Source: Bacillota bacterium
Lineage (GTDB): Bacteria; Bacillota; Clostridia; Peptostreptococcales; Acidaminobacteraceae
Length of the DNA: 46,971 nucleotides
Direction: 5' to 3'
Assembly (NCBI GenBank): GCA_034721975.1
Contig: JAYENG010000147.1
Span: 1-46,971 of the forward strand
Part shown: positions 1-9,473 of the stretch, one piece after another
Layout: each line of letters starts with the position of its first letter
Numbering within the stretch: the stretch's first letter is position 1
Translations under genes and position numbers: made by a program
Notes under the pieces: model-generated
The model's database searches: none
The model's input: only the letters and a program-made list of their open reading frames with translations
What the model was told of the DNA's origin: nothing

Positions 1-241
1 TATGATGGGTTTAGCAACAACCGACGATAAACACATCGGGGGAAGCGAATCTATTAGAAGAGTAAATCCTGCTGTTGTGGAAGATGCTTCAACTTCAGTA
101 AAAAGTGATGGAAACAATGTTGATATAGATATCGAGATGGTTAATCTCGCTAAAAATCAACTTATATATAATACATTAGTTCAACAGACAGCGAAGAAAT
201 ACTCTAATTTGAGATATATCATAAATGAAGGGAGACGTTAG
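1..241 (+). CDS. flgB: Flagellar basal-body rod protein FlgB, C-terminal part (5' end outside window)
   Basis: Frame is open to the window edge. C-terminal rod-protein region [24 protein letters not shown]. Sits 2 nt upstream of flgC as in Firmicute fla operons. Confidence 0.8.
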   Translation, partial: MMGLATTDDKHIGGSESIRRVNPAVVEDASTSVKSDGNNVDIDIEMVNLAKNQLIYNTLVQQTAKKYSNLRYIINEGRR

Positions 242-243
242 TC

Positions 244-657
244 ATGAAGTTATTTAGCTCAATATCCATCAGCGCTACCGGTTTATCTGCTGAAAGACTT
301 AGAATGGATACCATTTCATCAAATATCGCTAATGTCAATACCACTCGAACTGAAGATGGTGGCCCTTATAAAAGAAAAGTAGCTGTTTTTAAAGAAAACT
401 TGGACAGTGCAATAAACAATAATAAACTGGGTGGCGTTGAAGTCGCTGAAATTGTAGATGATACAACACCGCTAAAAAAGGTTTATGATCCTAATCATCC
501 AGATGCAGATGAAGAAGGATTTGTACTCATGCCGAATGTAAATATCTTAAACGAGATGGCAGACTTGATTGTAGCGACGAGATCATATGAAGCAAATGTT
601 ACCGCTCTAAATGCAAGTAAAAGTATGTTTTTAAAAGCATTAGAAATAGGTAGATAA
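244..657 (+). CDS. flgC: Flagellar basal-body rod protein FlgC
   Basis: N-terminal rod/hook signature [12 protein letters not shown] and C-terminal [12 protein letters not shown]. Position flgB-flgC-fliE. Confidence 0.92.
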   Translation: MKLFSSISISATGLSAERLRMDTISSNIANVNTTRTEDGGPYKRKVAVFKENLDSAINNNKLGGVEVAEIVDDTTPLKKVYDPNHPDADEEGFVLMPNVNILNEMADLIVATRSYEANVTALNASKSMFLKALEIGR

Positions 658-672
658 TTTAAATGGTGGTGT

Positions 673-966
673 GTGTTTATGCAAGTTAATTCAGTATCTC
701 AATATATGAATCTAGTTAATAAACAACTTGATGAAGAAGCTAAGTCTATTGATTTTTCTTCAGTTATGAAGAATTATTTAAGCGAAGTAAACGAATTGCA
801 AGTTGTTTCAGATAAAAGTACAGAAGATTTAATCCTCGGTGAAACTGAAAATGTACACGAAGTGATGATCAAAGCCGAAGAAGCAAGACTGGCTTTAGAA
901 CTTACTGTTCAAGTACGAAATAAAGTTATCGAGGCGTATCAAGAATTGATACGAATGCAAATATAA
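673..966 (+). CDS. fliE: Flagellar hook-basal body complex protein FliE
   Basis: 97 aa, between flgC and fliF. C-terminal helix VRNKVIEAYQELIRMQI is typical of FliE. GGTGGTG SD; ATG at 679 is an alternative start to GTG at 673. Confidence 0.85.
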   Translation: MFMQVNSVSQYMNLVNKQLDEEAKSIDFSSVMKNYLSEVNELQVVSDKSTEDLILGETENVHEVMIKAEEARLALELTVQVRNKVIEAYQELIRMQI

Positions 967-973
967 TATTTAA

Positions 974-1052
974 TCCACGAAATGGCAAACTATTTGTGAA
1001 AATGGGACGCAAAGTTTTAGATCTAAATTAGATGGCTGGGCTACCGAAAAGG
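974..1052 (+). promoter_or_regulatory. c-di-GMP-I (GEMM-I) riboswitch aptamer
   Basis: Carries GGCAAAC, a CUAUUU-GUGA-AAAUGG hairpin with a GNRA loop, GGGACGCAAAG, an AGAUCU/AGAU hairpin and GGGCUACCGA. This matches the conserved core of Vc2/Cd1-type aptamers as I recall them. It lies in the only long spacer of the operon. Confidence 0.8.
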
Positions 1053-1060
1053 AAGCAATG

Positions 1061-1088
1061 AGCTGTGTATTTTTATACAGCTTTTTTG
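1061..1088 (+). terminator. Intrinsic terminator (riboswitch expression platform) upstream of fliF
   Basis: 9-bp hairpin AGCTGTGTA-TTTT-TATACAGCT followed by T6. Confidence 0.8.
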
Positions 1089-1117
1089 TTGGAAAATATT
1101 AAATACAAGGAGCGCAT

Positions 1118-2704
1118 ATGGCGGAATCAAATAAATCGGAAAATAGAGTGGCAAAAGTGTGGAAAGGCATAGAACGCGGAAGAAGAATTGGCATTATAGC
1201 TTTTCTTTTGACAATAGTGCTAGCGTTTTCCATATATTACATATTCGTGGGGCGTACTACATACACTCAGCTGTTTTCTGGTCTGGGCATGAAGGAATCG
1301 GCAAATATTGTGAGCAAACTCGACGATATGAAGATTACTAATTATAAGATTGAAAATGAAGGCAGTACAATTTTAGTTTCTCAAAAAGATGCCGATAAGA
1401 TTCGACTCGAATTAGCTATGAGTGATTTGTTACCTGAGATAGGAGTAGGCTATGAAATTTTTGACAATGCAAGCTTTGCTATAACTGATGAAGATAGAAA
1501 AATCATGTATCAAAGAGCTCTTGAAGGGGAACTTGCAAGATCGATCATGAGCCTGGATGAAGTAAAATACGCTAGAGTGCATTTAGCGCTAACTGAAGAA
1601 ACTTTATTTTCTAGAGAAGAGACTTCTGGTAGCGCAACAGTAATTATAGAGATAAATCCTATTATGCAATTTTCATCCAATCGTGTAAAAGGTATTGTAG
1701 CGCTTATTTCAAGTGCTGTAAAAAATATACCACCAGAGAATATAAGTGTTGTTGACACTAAAGCGAATCTGTTAAGTGAAAATTTATACTCAGATCCAGA
1801 CTCGATGACAATTGGACAATCGGCTATAGATTCAATTTCCATAAAGCAACAATTCGAATCTAAACTTGAAGATGAGCTTCAAAGAATGCTGGAATTGACA
1901 TTTGGCAAAGGGAAAATACTTGTAAATGTAAATGCAAAATTAGATTTGAATTCTGAAGAACTTACAATTATAGAATATGACGAGGACGGTATACTAAGGT
2001 CTCAACAAGATAGTGTTGTTAAAACAGCATTTAATGGTGATGTTGTAGGTGGGTCAAGTCCTGTCGACAATAATATTGAATATTATATCAGCAACACTCA
2101 AGAGGCTATGAATAATTCATCTGTCAGTAATTTTGAAACGGTAAGAAATTATGAAATCGGTGAAACCAAGACATATCGTATTAAAGCTCCAGGGGAAGTG
2201 GTAAGTCTATCTACTTCTGTTATTTACGATGGAGAGTTATCTGAAGCCAACAAAATATCTATCAGAAACATAGTGGCGGCTGCTGTAGGAATTGATGAAA
2301 CCAGAGGAGATATCGTCAGCGTCGAGGGCATAATGTTTGATAAAACTTATGAGCAAAATGCTATTAACGAGTTTAATATAGCTCAGGAGGAATATTTAAA
2401 AGAGCAGGAGACCAAGAAAAAGTTCATGTTTTACGGTAGTGTTGCAGGGGGAAGTGTTCTTCTTATTTTAATCATTATCATTATAATTAAGGCGATCAGT
2501 GGTTCTAAAAAGAACAAACAAAACTTTTATGATGCTATGCAACCAATTCCAATAAGTGAACTAGAACAACAATCATCAGAAACTGCTCGTATCAAACCTT
2601 TTAAAGAGAAAGATATCGAGAGAGGTGTAAAGGATTATGCAGATGAAAATCCTGAAAAACTAGCAGATCTTGTAAAAACTTGGATGTTGAAAGATGAGGG
2701 ATAG
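1118..2704 (+). CDS. fliF: Flagellar M-ring protein FliF
   Basis: 528 aa with an N-terminal TM (IGIIAFLLTIVLAFSIYYIF), a YscJ/FliF-like periplasmic region and a second TM near the C-terminus (FMFYGSVAGGSVLLILIIIIII). AAGGAG SD. Confidence 0.93.
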   Translation: MAESNKSENRVAKVWKGIERGRRIGIIAFLLTIVLAFSIYYIFVGRTTYTQLFSGLGMKESANIVSKLDDMKITNYKIENEGSTILVSQKDADKIRLELAMSDLLPEIGVGYEIFDNASFAITDEDRKIMYQRALEGELARSIMSLDEVKYARVHLALTEETLFSREETSGSATVIIEINPIMQFSSNRVKGIVALISSAVKNIPPENISVVDTKANLLSENLYSDPDSMTIGQSAIDSISIKQQFESKLEDELQRMLELTFGKGKILVNVNAKLDLNSEELTIIEYDEDGILRSQQDSVVKTAFNGDVVGGSSPVDNNIEYYISNTQEAMNNSSVSNFETVRNYEIGETKTYRIKAPGEVVSLSTSVIYDGELSEANKISIRNIVAAAVGIDETRGDIVSVEGIMFDKTYEQNAINEFNIAQEEYLKEQETKKKFMFYGSVAGGSVLLILIIIIIIKAISGSKKNKQNFYDAMQPIPISELEQQSSETARIKPFKEKDIERGVKDYADENPEKLADLVKTWMLKDEG

Positions 2705-2707
2705 AGT

Positions 2708-3730
2708 ATGGCTAGAAGTCGAAACACGCATGAATTAACGGGGGTTGAAAAAGCAGCTATCATTTTTATCACTTTAGGTCCAGAGCTTTCTGCGAAGGTA
2801 ATGAAGCTTTTGCCTGAAAAAATGATAGAACAGGTAACTTATGAAATATCGAATATTACAAAAGTCGAGCCCGAAATGAGAGAGCTCGTACTAAATGAAT
2901 TTGTAGATATGAATGATAAATTCGACTATTTCATGGAAGGTGGAGTCGACTACGCAAGAGATGTGCTTACTAAAGCTTTAGGATCTCAAAAGGCGCAAGA
3001 TATTATCGAGACATCTTCAATGATGGCGCTTACAAGAAAACCGTTCACTCTAGCGAGAAGATCGGATCCAGTGCAGCTTCTTAAGACGATTATCACAGAA
3101 CATCCTCAGACGATCGCGCTTATTCTCTGTTTTCTTCAGCCGGAAAAAGCAGCTTCTATTCTTTCGAGCGTGCCCTACGAACTTCAGTCCGATGTCGCCT
3201 TTAGAATTGCAACGATGAATAAAACATCCCCTCTTGTTATAAAGAGAGTTGAAAAAGTGTTAGACGAGAAGTTATCGAATGTAGTGGATAGCAATTTCGA
3301 AGCATATGGCGGCGTGGATACTTTAGTAGGAATATTGAATTCGGTCAATAGACCGACCGAGAAAAACATCATGGAACAATTAGATGATAGAGATCATGAT
3401 TTAGCTGAAAAAATCAAACTCAACATGTTTATATTCGAGGATGTTGTTACTCTCGATGATGCATCTATCCAAAGAGTGCTCAGAGAGATCGACAATAATG
3501 ATCTTGTTGTGGCGATGAAAGGTGCATCTGATACTGTTACAGATGTAATATTTACGAATCTGTCTAAACGAGCTGCAGAGACATTGAAAGAAGATATAGA
3601 GTTCCTAGGACCGGTTAGATTGACGGTTGTCGAGGAAGCTCAACATAAGATTGTAGGTGCTATCAGAAGGTTAGAAGAAGTCGGAGAAATATTTATAACT
3701 AGAGGAGGAGAAGATGCAGTCATCTTATAG
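2708..3730 (+). CDS. fliG: Flagellar motor switch protein FliG
   Basis: 340 aa. LTGVEKAAIIFITLG N-terminus, MFIFEDV motif and C-terminal torque helix region. Confidence 0.95.
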   Translation: MARSRNTHELTGVEKAAIIFITLGPELSAKVMKLLPEKMIEQVTYEISNITKVEPEMRELVLNEFVDMNDKFDYFMEGGVDYARDVLTKALGSQKAQDIIETSSMMALTRKPFTLARRSDPVQLLKTIITEHPQTIALILCFLQPEKAASILSSVPYELQSDVAFRIATMNKTSPLVIKRVEKVLDEKLSNVVDSNFEAYGGVDTLVGILNSVNRPTEKNIMEQLDDRDHDLAEKIKLNMFIFEDVVTLDDASIQRVLREIDNNDLVVAMKGASDTVTDVIFTNLSKRAAETLKEDIEFLGPVRLTVVEEAQHKIVGAIRRLEEVGEIFITRGGEDAVIL

Positions 3731-4469
3731 AATTTTTAAGAATCAAGAAGTCTCCTATGAAGTAGAAGAAAAAGAAATTCCTTTAAAAGACAACAAGTAC
3801 ATTGATAAACTCGGCGTTTCTTCTAGTCAAGCAAATTCTTTATTTAGAAAAGCAAAAGAAGAAGCAAATAGAATTGTAGAAGTGGCTAAAGAGAAAGAAA
3901 ACGAAGTTTTTAACAAAGCGATTGCAGATGCTAATGTGGTAATTGAAGAAAAGAAGAATGAAGCCTATTTAGAAGGAATGATAGTAGGAAAGAAAGATGG
4001 ATTTGATGAAGGTTATAAAGAAGGGCTGTTAGCAAGCGAGGAAGAGAGCGATCATATTCTTGAAGAAGCAAAAGAGACGCTGAAAAACTCACTTGAAGAG
4101 TCACAAAAGATTATTTTAGACTCACAAGAGAAAATAATTGAAATATCTTTAAAAATTGCTGAAGAAATCATTAAAAAAGAAGTAGAACTTGACGATAGTA
4201 TTATTGTGGGAATCGCAAAAGCGGCTCTTTATGAAGTTCGAAACTTAAGGCACATCATCATAAAAGTCTTGCCTGAGCATCAAAGCATTATCGAGGATAA
4301 TCTTTTGAATTTTAAAGATATCTGCCCGGACGCTTATTTTACAGTATTAAAAGATGCTTCTTTAAAAGATAATGGATGCATTATTGAAACAGATAAACAA
4401 ATAATTGATGCAACTATTGATAGTCAATTAGATGTTATCAAGTCAATATTATTTGAAGTGAGAGATTAA
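3714..4469 (+). CDS. fliH: Flagellar assembly protein FliH
   Basis: 251 aa with a Glu/Lys-rich coiled N-half and a FliH/YscL-like C-half. Overlaps the fliG stop and precedes fliI. Confidence 0.8.
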   Translation: MQSSYRIFKNQEVSYEVEEKEIPLKDNKYIDKLGVSSSQANSLFRKAKEEANRIVEVAKEKENEVFNKAIADANVVIEEKKNEAYLEGMIVGKKDGFDEGYKEGLLASEEESDHILEEAKETLKNSLEESQKIILDSQEKIIEISLKIAEEIIKKEVELDDSIIVGIAKAALYEVRNLRHIIIKVLPEHQSIIEDNLLNFKDICPDAYFTVLKDASLKDNGCIIETDKQIIDATIDSQLDVIKSILFEVRD

Positions 4470-4470
4470 A

Positions 4471-5778
4471 TTGAGTGAAAGAATCCCATTCGATCGTTTT
4501 GAAAAAGCGATATGTGATAAAAAATTATATAAGACCATAGGAAAAGTCACTCAAATAATTGGACTTACGATACAAGTTGAAGGAATTAAGAGTTTCATCG
4601 GTGAATCATGTGAAATAGTCGTAGGTGACAATGAGAAAGTTCTAGCGGAGGTTGTGGGTTTTAAAGGAGAAATCAGCTTGCTTATGCCACTTGGTGAATT
4701 GACGGGCATTGGTCCCGGCAGTCTGGTATATCCATTAGGGCACTCATTGACAATAAAAGTCGGCAAAGGGTTATTGGGGAAAATCGTTGATGGATTGGGG
4801 AAACCTATTTCTGGAGAATTTATTGAGCTGGAAGAAACGGTGAGCATTTATCAAAAACCTCCAAATCCACTGACTAGAAATCCAATAGAAAATATTATGG
4901 CAACCGGGGTTCGTTCAATCGATGGAATGTTGACTTGTGGAGAAGGTCAAAGACTTGGTATTTTTGCAGGAAGTGGTATCGGTAAAAGTACACTTATGGG
5001 TAAAATATCAAGATCATCTGATGCAGATGTAAATGTAATCGCACTTATCGGTGAGAGAAACAGAGAACTCTTAAATGTAATAAATAAAGATCTTGGTGAA
5101 GAAGGTTTAAAAAAATCGGTTGTGTTGATTGCAACATCCGATCAACCAGCTTTAATAAGATCGAAAGGTGCTTTTGTTGCAACGGCAATTGCAGAGCATT
5201 TTAGAGATCAAGGATTAAAAGTAATGTTTATGATGGACTCTGTTACCAGATTTGCAATGGCAGAAAGAGAAATCGGACTAGCCATTGGAGAACCGCCGGC
5301 ATCAAAAGGATATACTCCTTCTGTTTTTGCCAGATTGCCGAAATTGTTAGAACGGTCTGGAACATCAGAGAAAGGTTCAATAACAGCTTTTTACACAGTT
5401 TTAGTAGAAGGAGATGACATGAATGAACCGATTACAGATGCTGTGAGAGGAATATTGGATGGACACATCGTTTTATCTCGAAAACTTGCTGGAAAGAATC
5501 ATTTTCCTGCCATAGATGTACAAAGCAGTATAAGTCGTCTTATGAAGCAGATAACATGCGAGGAACAGTATAATATCGCTGCAAAGATAAGAGATAATTT
5601 AGCAGTTTACGAAGAATCGGAAGATTTGATTAACGTTGGAGCTTATGTAAAAGGATCAAATCCAAGAATTGATGAAGCGGTGAAAGTGCATGATTCGATA
5701 CTTGAATTTTTACAACAAAATAATGAAGATATATCAACTTTCGAAGAGACGCTAAATATGATGAAAAATATTTTTTAG
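4471..5778 (+). CDS. fliI: Flagellum-specific ATPase FliI
   Basis: Walker A GSGIGKST and Walker B VMFMMDSVTR, with F1/T3SS ATPase-like sequence throughout. TTG start. Confidence 0.95.
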   Translation: MSERIPFDRFEKAICDKKLYKTIGKVTQIIGLTIQVEGIKSFIGESCEIVVGDNEKVLAEVVGFKGEISLLMPLGELTGIGPGSLVYPLGHSLTIKVGKGLLGKIVDGLGKPISGEFIELEETVSIYQKPPNPLTRNPIENIMATGVRSIDGMLTCGEGQRLGIFAGSGIGKSTLMGKISRSSDADVNVIALIGERNRELLNVINKDLGEEGLKKSVVLIATSDQPALIRSKGAFVATAIAEHFRDQGLKVMFMMDSVTRFAMAEREIGLAIGEPPASKGYTPSVFARLPKLLERSGTSEKGSITAFYTVLVEGDDMNEPITDAVRGILDGHIVLSRKLAGKNHFPAIDVQSSISRLMKQITCEEQYNIAAKIRDNLAVYEESEDLINVGAYVKGSNPRIDEAVKVHDSILEFLQQNNEDISTFEETLNMMKNIF

Positions 5779-5788
5779 GAGATGAAAA

Positions 5789-6232
5789 ATGAAAAATAGA
5801 AAGTATTCATTAGAAAGCATCCTTAAAATTAGACAAGTCAAGGAAGAAAAAAAGTTAAGTGAGATGTCATTATTACTTAATCAATACCTGAAAGAAGTAG
5901 AAACCGAAAGAAAGATGGCAGTGAATATTGAGAATACTATTTATAAAATGAATATCGAGAAAAATACAAATATTAGAAATCAGAAATCATATTATTTGTA
6001 TTTAGAAAAATTAAGGTTAGAACTAAACGAAGAAAAAAGAGTTGTTCGACAAACTGAAAGAGATTATGAAGTAAAGAAAAAAGAATACATAAAAGCTCAA
6101 ATGGATAGAAAATTGATTGAAAAACATAAAGAAAAATATGTTGAAACTATAAATCTGGAAATGAAAAAGAACGAAGAGCTGATGCTCGATGAACTTGCTA
6201 TCGTTTCTTTCAACAGAAGGAAATGTCAATAG
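5789..6232 (+). CDS. fliJ: Flagellar export chaperone-like protein FliJ
   Basis: 147 aa, highly charged coiled-coil, immediately after fliI. Confidence 0.75.
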   Translation: MKNRKYSLESILKIRQVKEEKKLSEMSLLLNQYLKEVETERKMAVNIENTIYKMNIEKNTNIRNQKSYYLYLEKLRLELNEEKRVVRQTERDYEVKKKEYIKAQMDRKLIEKHKEKYVETINLEMKKNEELMLDELAIVSFNRRKCQ

Positions 6233-6264
6233 ATATTATAAGCAAATGAGAGGGAGGTGAAAAA

Positions 6265-7401
6265 GTGAACGCAAATATGATACAACTGAATAGTAAAAAA
6301 GCAGATACAGGAAATCTTGAAAAAATCAGTTTAAAAGTAGATGGTGAATCGGATGTAGTGGATTTTCAAAATGTCTTGGCCGGTCTACTAGGAATACCTA
6401 TGGAATTTGAAAATATTACTGACGAAAACCAATTACCTGTTGAATTACCTTTGAAAGTCGACATTGATAATTTAAAGATGTTTTTGGCAAATGAGAATTC
6501 ATTAAAAGACAATTCAACAATCAGCAAGAAAAATTTAAAAATGCTTGTTGGAAGCGAACAAATTTATCTAAATGACACTAAAGTGGAATTACCGCAAACA
6601 GAAATTTTAGAAAAGCTTCTTTCAGATATTCAAGCAGATTTAAATGTTAAGGAAATAGTTGCTTCGACTGAACAAAAAGATATTGAATTTACACATCAAA
6701 GCTACAACAATATGCTTAAAATCAAGTTCAAGGATGATGCAACTAAAACTAGAGAAATCGTTAAGGAAACTACTGTTCAAGCTAAAGATGTTGAGAAAGC
6801 GACTAGACCAGATGTACTTGGAAAAGTGCTAGGTTTGGAAAAAGCAGTGGAAAACAATGAAAAACGAAAATCTGTAAATTTTACGATTGAAGACGACAAA
6901 CTGGTCAAGGTGGAAAGTCCATTGTTATCAAAAATAGATAATAATGAAGCTAAAGCAGCGGATAATGTTAAAGTCGTTACAAATGAGTTAGAAGTAAAAG
7001 AAGCCATGGTCGAGAGTATTAAAGAAGCTCAAACAAATGGTGTCTCGAAAGTCAAAGTCATGTTGAAACCAAAAGAATTGGGTAATCTCGAGATTGAGCT
7101 TAAAATGGAAAACGGCAAGATGAAAGGCGAGATCAAAGTTCTGAACGCCGAGGTGAAAGCTCAAATTGAACAATTGATTTTACCAGTAAAAGAAACCTTG
7201 AAGGATCAAAACATTATTCTTAAAGATTTTCAAATAACTGTTTCAAATCAGTCTTCTGAAGGAGAATTTTTGAATCAACAACATAAGAATACTCATCAGC
7301 ATAGATATGAACCGAAATTTGTCGATTATCATTATGATGAAACCGTTCAAGAAAATTTAGAATTAAAAAGTGATGAACTTGGATTGGATTTACTGGCATA
7401 G
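6265..7401 (+). CDS. fliK: Flagellar hook-length control protein FliK-like
   Basis: C-terminal Flg_hook-like block VKVMLKPKELGNLEIELKMENGKMKGEIKVLNAEVKAQIEQ. Position fliJ-fliK-flgD. GTG start after GGGAGGTGA. Confidence 0.75.
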   Translation: MNANMIQLNSKKADTGNLEKISLKVDGESDVVDFQNVLAGLLGIPMEFENITDENQLPVELPLKVDIDNLKMFLANENSLKDNSTISKKNLKMLVGSEQIYLNDTKVELPQTEILEKLLSDIQADLNVKEIVASTEQKDIEFTHQSYNNMLKIKFKDDATKTREIVKETTVQAKDVEKATRPDVLGKVLGLEKAVENNEKRKSVNFTIEDDKLVKVESPLLSKIDNNEAKAADNVKVVTNELEVKEAMVESIKEAQTNGVSKVKVMLKPKELGNLEIELKMENGKMKGEIKVLNAEVKAQIEQLILPVKETLKDQNIILKDFQITVSNQSSEGEFLNQQHKNTHQHRYEPKFVDYHYDETVQENLELKSDELGLDLLA

Positions 7402-7404
7402 GAG

Positions 7405-7860
7405 GTGAAAGAAGTGGAAATAAGCAGTGTTATTAATCAAACAGTTGCCGATACGGAAGTGAAAAAAAGCAACGGCGATTTAGGCAAGGATGAATTCTTA
7501 AAGATTTTAGCTGCACAACTTCAATTCCAAGATCCTATGGAAGGTGGAGATAATTCAGCGTATGTAGCACAACTTGCACAATTTTCTTCATTAGAGCAGA
7601 TGGAAAATTTAAATGTCAGTTTAAACGAACTGAAAGGCAATCAAAATTTACTTTATGGAACAGTACTAATAGGTAAAATGGTAAATTTAGCTTTTGAAGA
7701 TCAGATGGTGAGTGGTGTGGTAGATAAGGTTAAACTAGTTGATTCTATGCTAAAAGTAATAGTCGGTGGGAAAGAGTACGATGCCAAGAGTGTTATAAGT
7801 TTAGAAGAGGAAGAAGTAGAGGTTGCTCCAGTTGTAAGCGGTGAGGAAGTGATAGAATGA
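7405..7860 (+). CDS. flgD: Flagellar hook capping/assembly protein FlgD
   Basis: FLKILAAQLQFQDPM and AQLAQFSSLEQ motifs, which are classic for FlgD. Confidence 0.9.
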   Translation: MKEVEISSVINQTVADTEVKKSNGDLGKDEFLKILAAQLQFQDPMEGGDNSAYVAQLAQFSSLEQMENLNVSLNELKGNQNLLYGTVLIGKMVNLAFEDQMVSGVVDKVKLVDSMLKVIVGGKEYDAKSVISLEEEEVEVAPVVSGEEVIE

Positions 7861-8246
7861 CAAACAGAATCAATAATCAAAACATCAGGCGGGTTGGACA
7901 ATCTAACCAAAATCTGAACAAACAAAAAATAGAGCGTAATACTGAGAGATTTCACCAGATATATCAACAAGAAATAACTAATAGAAATGAAATTAAACTT
8001 TCTGCACATGCAAAGCAGAGGCTTAGGCAGAGAAACATCGAACTTAGTGAAACTGATATGAATGCTTTAAGTAGAGGAATGCAAAAGGCTGAAGAAAAAG
8101 GCGGAAAAGAGTCGTTGCTTTTATATAAAGATTTAGCTTTTATTGCAAGTGTCAGAAATAGAACTTTGATTACAGCGGTTGACCAAAACGAGACAAAAGA
8201 AAATGTTTTTACAAATATCGATAGTGCAGTGATTATAGAAGAATAA
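7857..8246 (+). CDS. Flagellar operon protein of the TIGR02530 type (function unknown)
   Basis: 129 aa. IKLSAHAKQRLRQRNIELSE block, and the position between flgD and flgE matches the clostridial family as I recall it. ATGA overlap with flgD. Confidence 0.65.
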   Translation: MTNRINNQNIRRVGQSNQNLNKQKIERNTERFHQIYQQEITNRNEIKLSAHAKQRLRQRNIELSETDMNALSRGMQKAEEKGGKESLLLYKDLAFIASVRNRTLITAVDQNETKENVFTNIDSAVIIEE

Positions 8247-8249
8247 AAT

Positions 8250-8274
8250 AGGCTGGACCTCCATGAGGAAGCCT
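8250..8274 (+). other. Two-tier stem-loop without U-tract just upstream of flgE
   Basis: AGGCT..CCTC-CAT-GAGG..AGCCT gives 9 bp in total, 4 nt after the preceding stop. Confidence 0.4.
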
Positions 8275-8332
8275 AGTGCCTTTGACTGATTGATAAGGTA
8301 CATACTTTCATGAAAATTAGGAGGAAACAAAT

Positions 8333-9226
8333 ATGTTAAGATCATTATATTCAGGCGTTAGTGGAATGAGAAGCAATCAAATGAAGATGGATGTCATCGG
8401 TAACAATATCGCCAATGTCAACACGACAGCTTTTAAAACAGGGCGAGCTAGATTTCAAGATCTGTTCTCACAGACTTTGTCAAATGCTCAAGCACCTTCA
8501 GATGCAGGCCGCGGTGGAATAAACCCGAAACAAGTCGGTTTGGGAGTTGCGGTCGCATCTATAGATACAGTAATGAGCGGTGGAGCTTTGCAGCCGACTG
8601 GAAGAGATTTGGACTTCGCCATAGAAAATGAAGGATTTTTTATTTTGTCACAAGATACAGATGGAGATATAAGAAGACTCACACGCGATGGAGCTTTCTT
8701 TACAGACTTCGAGGGAAACCTTGTAAATGCAGAAGGTTTGAGAGTGCTTGGATATGAAGTAGATGAATACTCTACCACCAGTACAGTTCAATTACCATCA
8801 GATGAAACAGATTATGGGGAGCTTACAACAATTACAATACCCAACATGATAACAGTTGGAGGAAATGATTTAAGTTTAGAAACTTTTTCAATAGATGGCT
8901 CTGGATTGATTCAAGGTATCTATAGTGATGGAAACGTATATAAACTTGGACAGCTCGGTATCGCTAAGTTTAAAAATCCCGGTGGACTTGAAAAACTCGG
9001 TGGGAATACTTATAGAGAAACAAGAAACTCCGGACCTACTGAGATAGGTGTAGCCAACCAGGGCGGATTTGGAACGATTAGACAGGGTGTAAGTGAGATG
9101 TCCAATGTCGACCTTGCCAACGAATTTACTGAAATGATTATTACAAGTAGAGCATATCAGGCGAATTCTAGAACAATCACTACATCGGATGAGATGTTGC
9201 AAGAATTACTGAACCTTAAGAGATAG
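8333..9226 (+). CDS. flgE: Flagellar hook protein FlgE (short Firmicute type)
   Basis: [14 protein letters not shown]-terminal signature and ITSRAYQANSRTITTSDEMLQELLNLK C-terminus. AGGAGG SD. Confidence 0.88.
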   Translation: MLRSLYSGVSGMRSNQMKMDVIGNNIANVNTTAFKTGRARFQDLFSQTLSNAQAPSDAGRGGINPKQVGLGVAVASIDTVMSGGALQPTGRDLDFAIENEGFFILSQDTDGDIRRLTRDGAFFTDFEGNLVNAEGLRVLGYEVDEYSTTSTVQLPSDETDYGELTTITIPNMITVGGNDLSLETFSIDGSGLIQGIYSDGNVYKLGQLGIAKFKNPGGLEKLGGNTYRETRNSGPTEIGVANQGGFGTIRQGVSEMSNVDLANEFTEMIITSRAYQANSRTITTSDEMLQELLNLKR

Positions 9227-9231
9227 ATAAT

Positions 9232-9261
9232 ATAAGGGTTGGGCTTTTAGCCCACCCTTAT
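9232..9261 (+). other. 12-bp stem-loop (one bulge) after flgE with no U-tract
   Basis: ATAAGGGTTGGGC-TTTTA-GCCCACCCTTAT, followed by AAAAGC rather than a T run. Confidence 0.5.
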
Positions 9262-9284
9262 AAAAGCAAGAAGGGTGAAAAATT

Positions 9285-9470
9285 ATGATTGAATTAACTT
9301 CACTGCACGATGATATTTTCTATTTGAACATTGATAGGATGGAAAAAATGCAGGTTTTATCTGATACGTTGATTACTTTAATAGATGGAAAAGTAATACG
9401 TGTTAAGGAAACTCCTGATGAAATAATAAAAAGAATAATTGAATTTAAAAAGCAAATTGAATGGAGGTAG
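9285..9470 (+). CDS. flbD: Flagellar protein FlbD
   Basis: 61 aa. MIELTSL..FYLN...E......DTLITL.DGK..RVKE pattern is typical of FlbD. Precedes motA. Confidence 0.85.
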   Translation: MIELTSLHDDIFYLNIDRMEKMQVLSDTLITLIDGKVIRVKETPDEIIKRIIEFKKQIEWR

Positions 9471-9473
9471 CCT

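Noticed and set aside
1159-1341. Plus-strand 60-aa alternative-frame ORF within the fliF 5' region.
   Set aside because: Fully nested in fliF in another frame. No SD; the composition is an artefact.
1510-1842. Minus-strand 110-aa ORF inside fliF. The same applies to similar antisense ORFs inside fliG, fliI, fliJ, fliK, flgE, motA, flhB, flhA and flhF.
   Set aside because: They lie opposite strongly supported, motif-bearing CDSs and translate to low-complexity Ser/Ile/Phe-rich strings typical of shadow frames in AT-rich DNA. They have no SD sequences.
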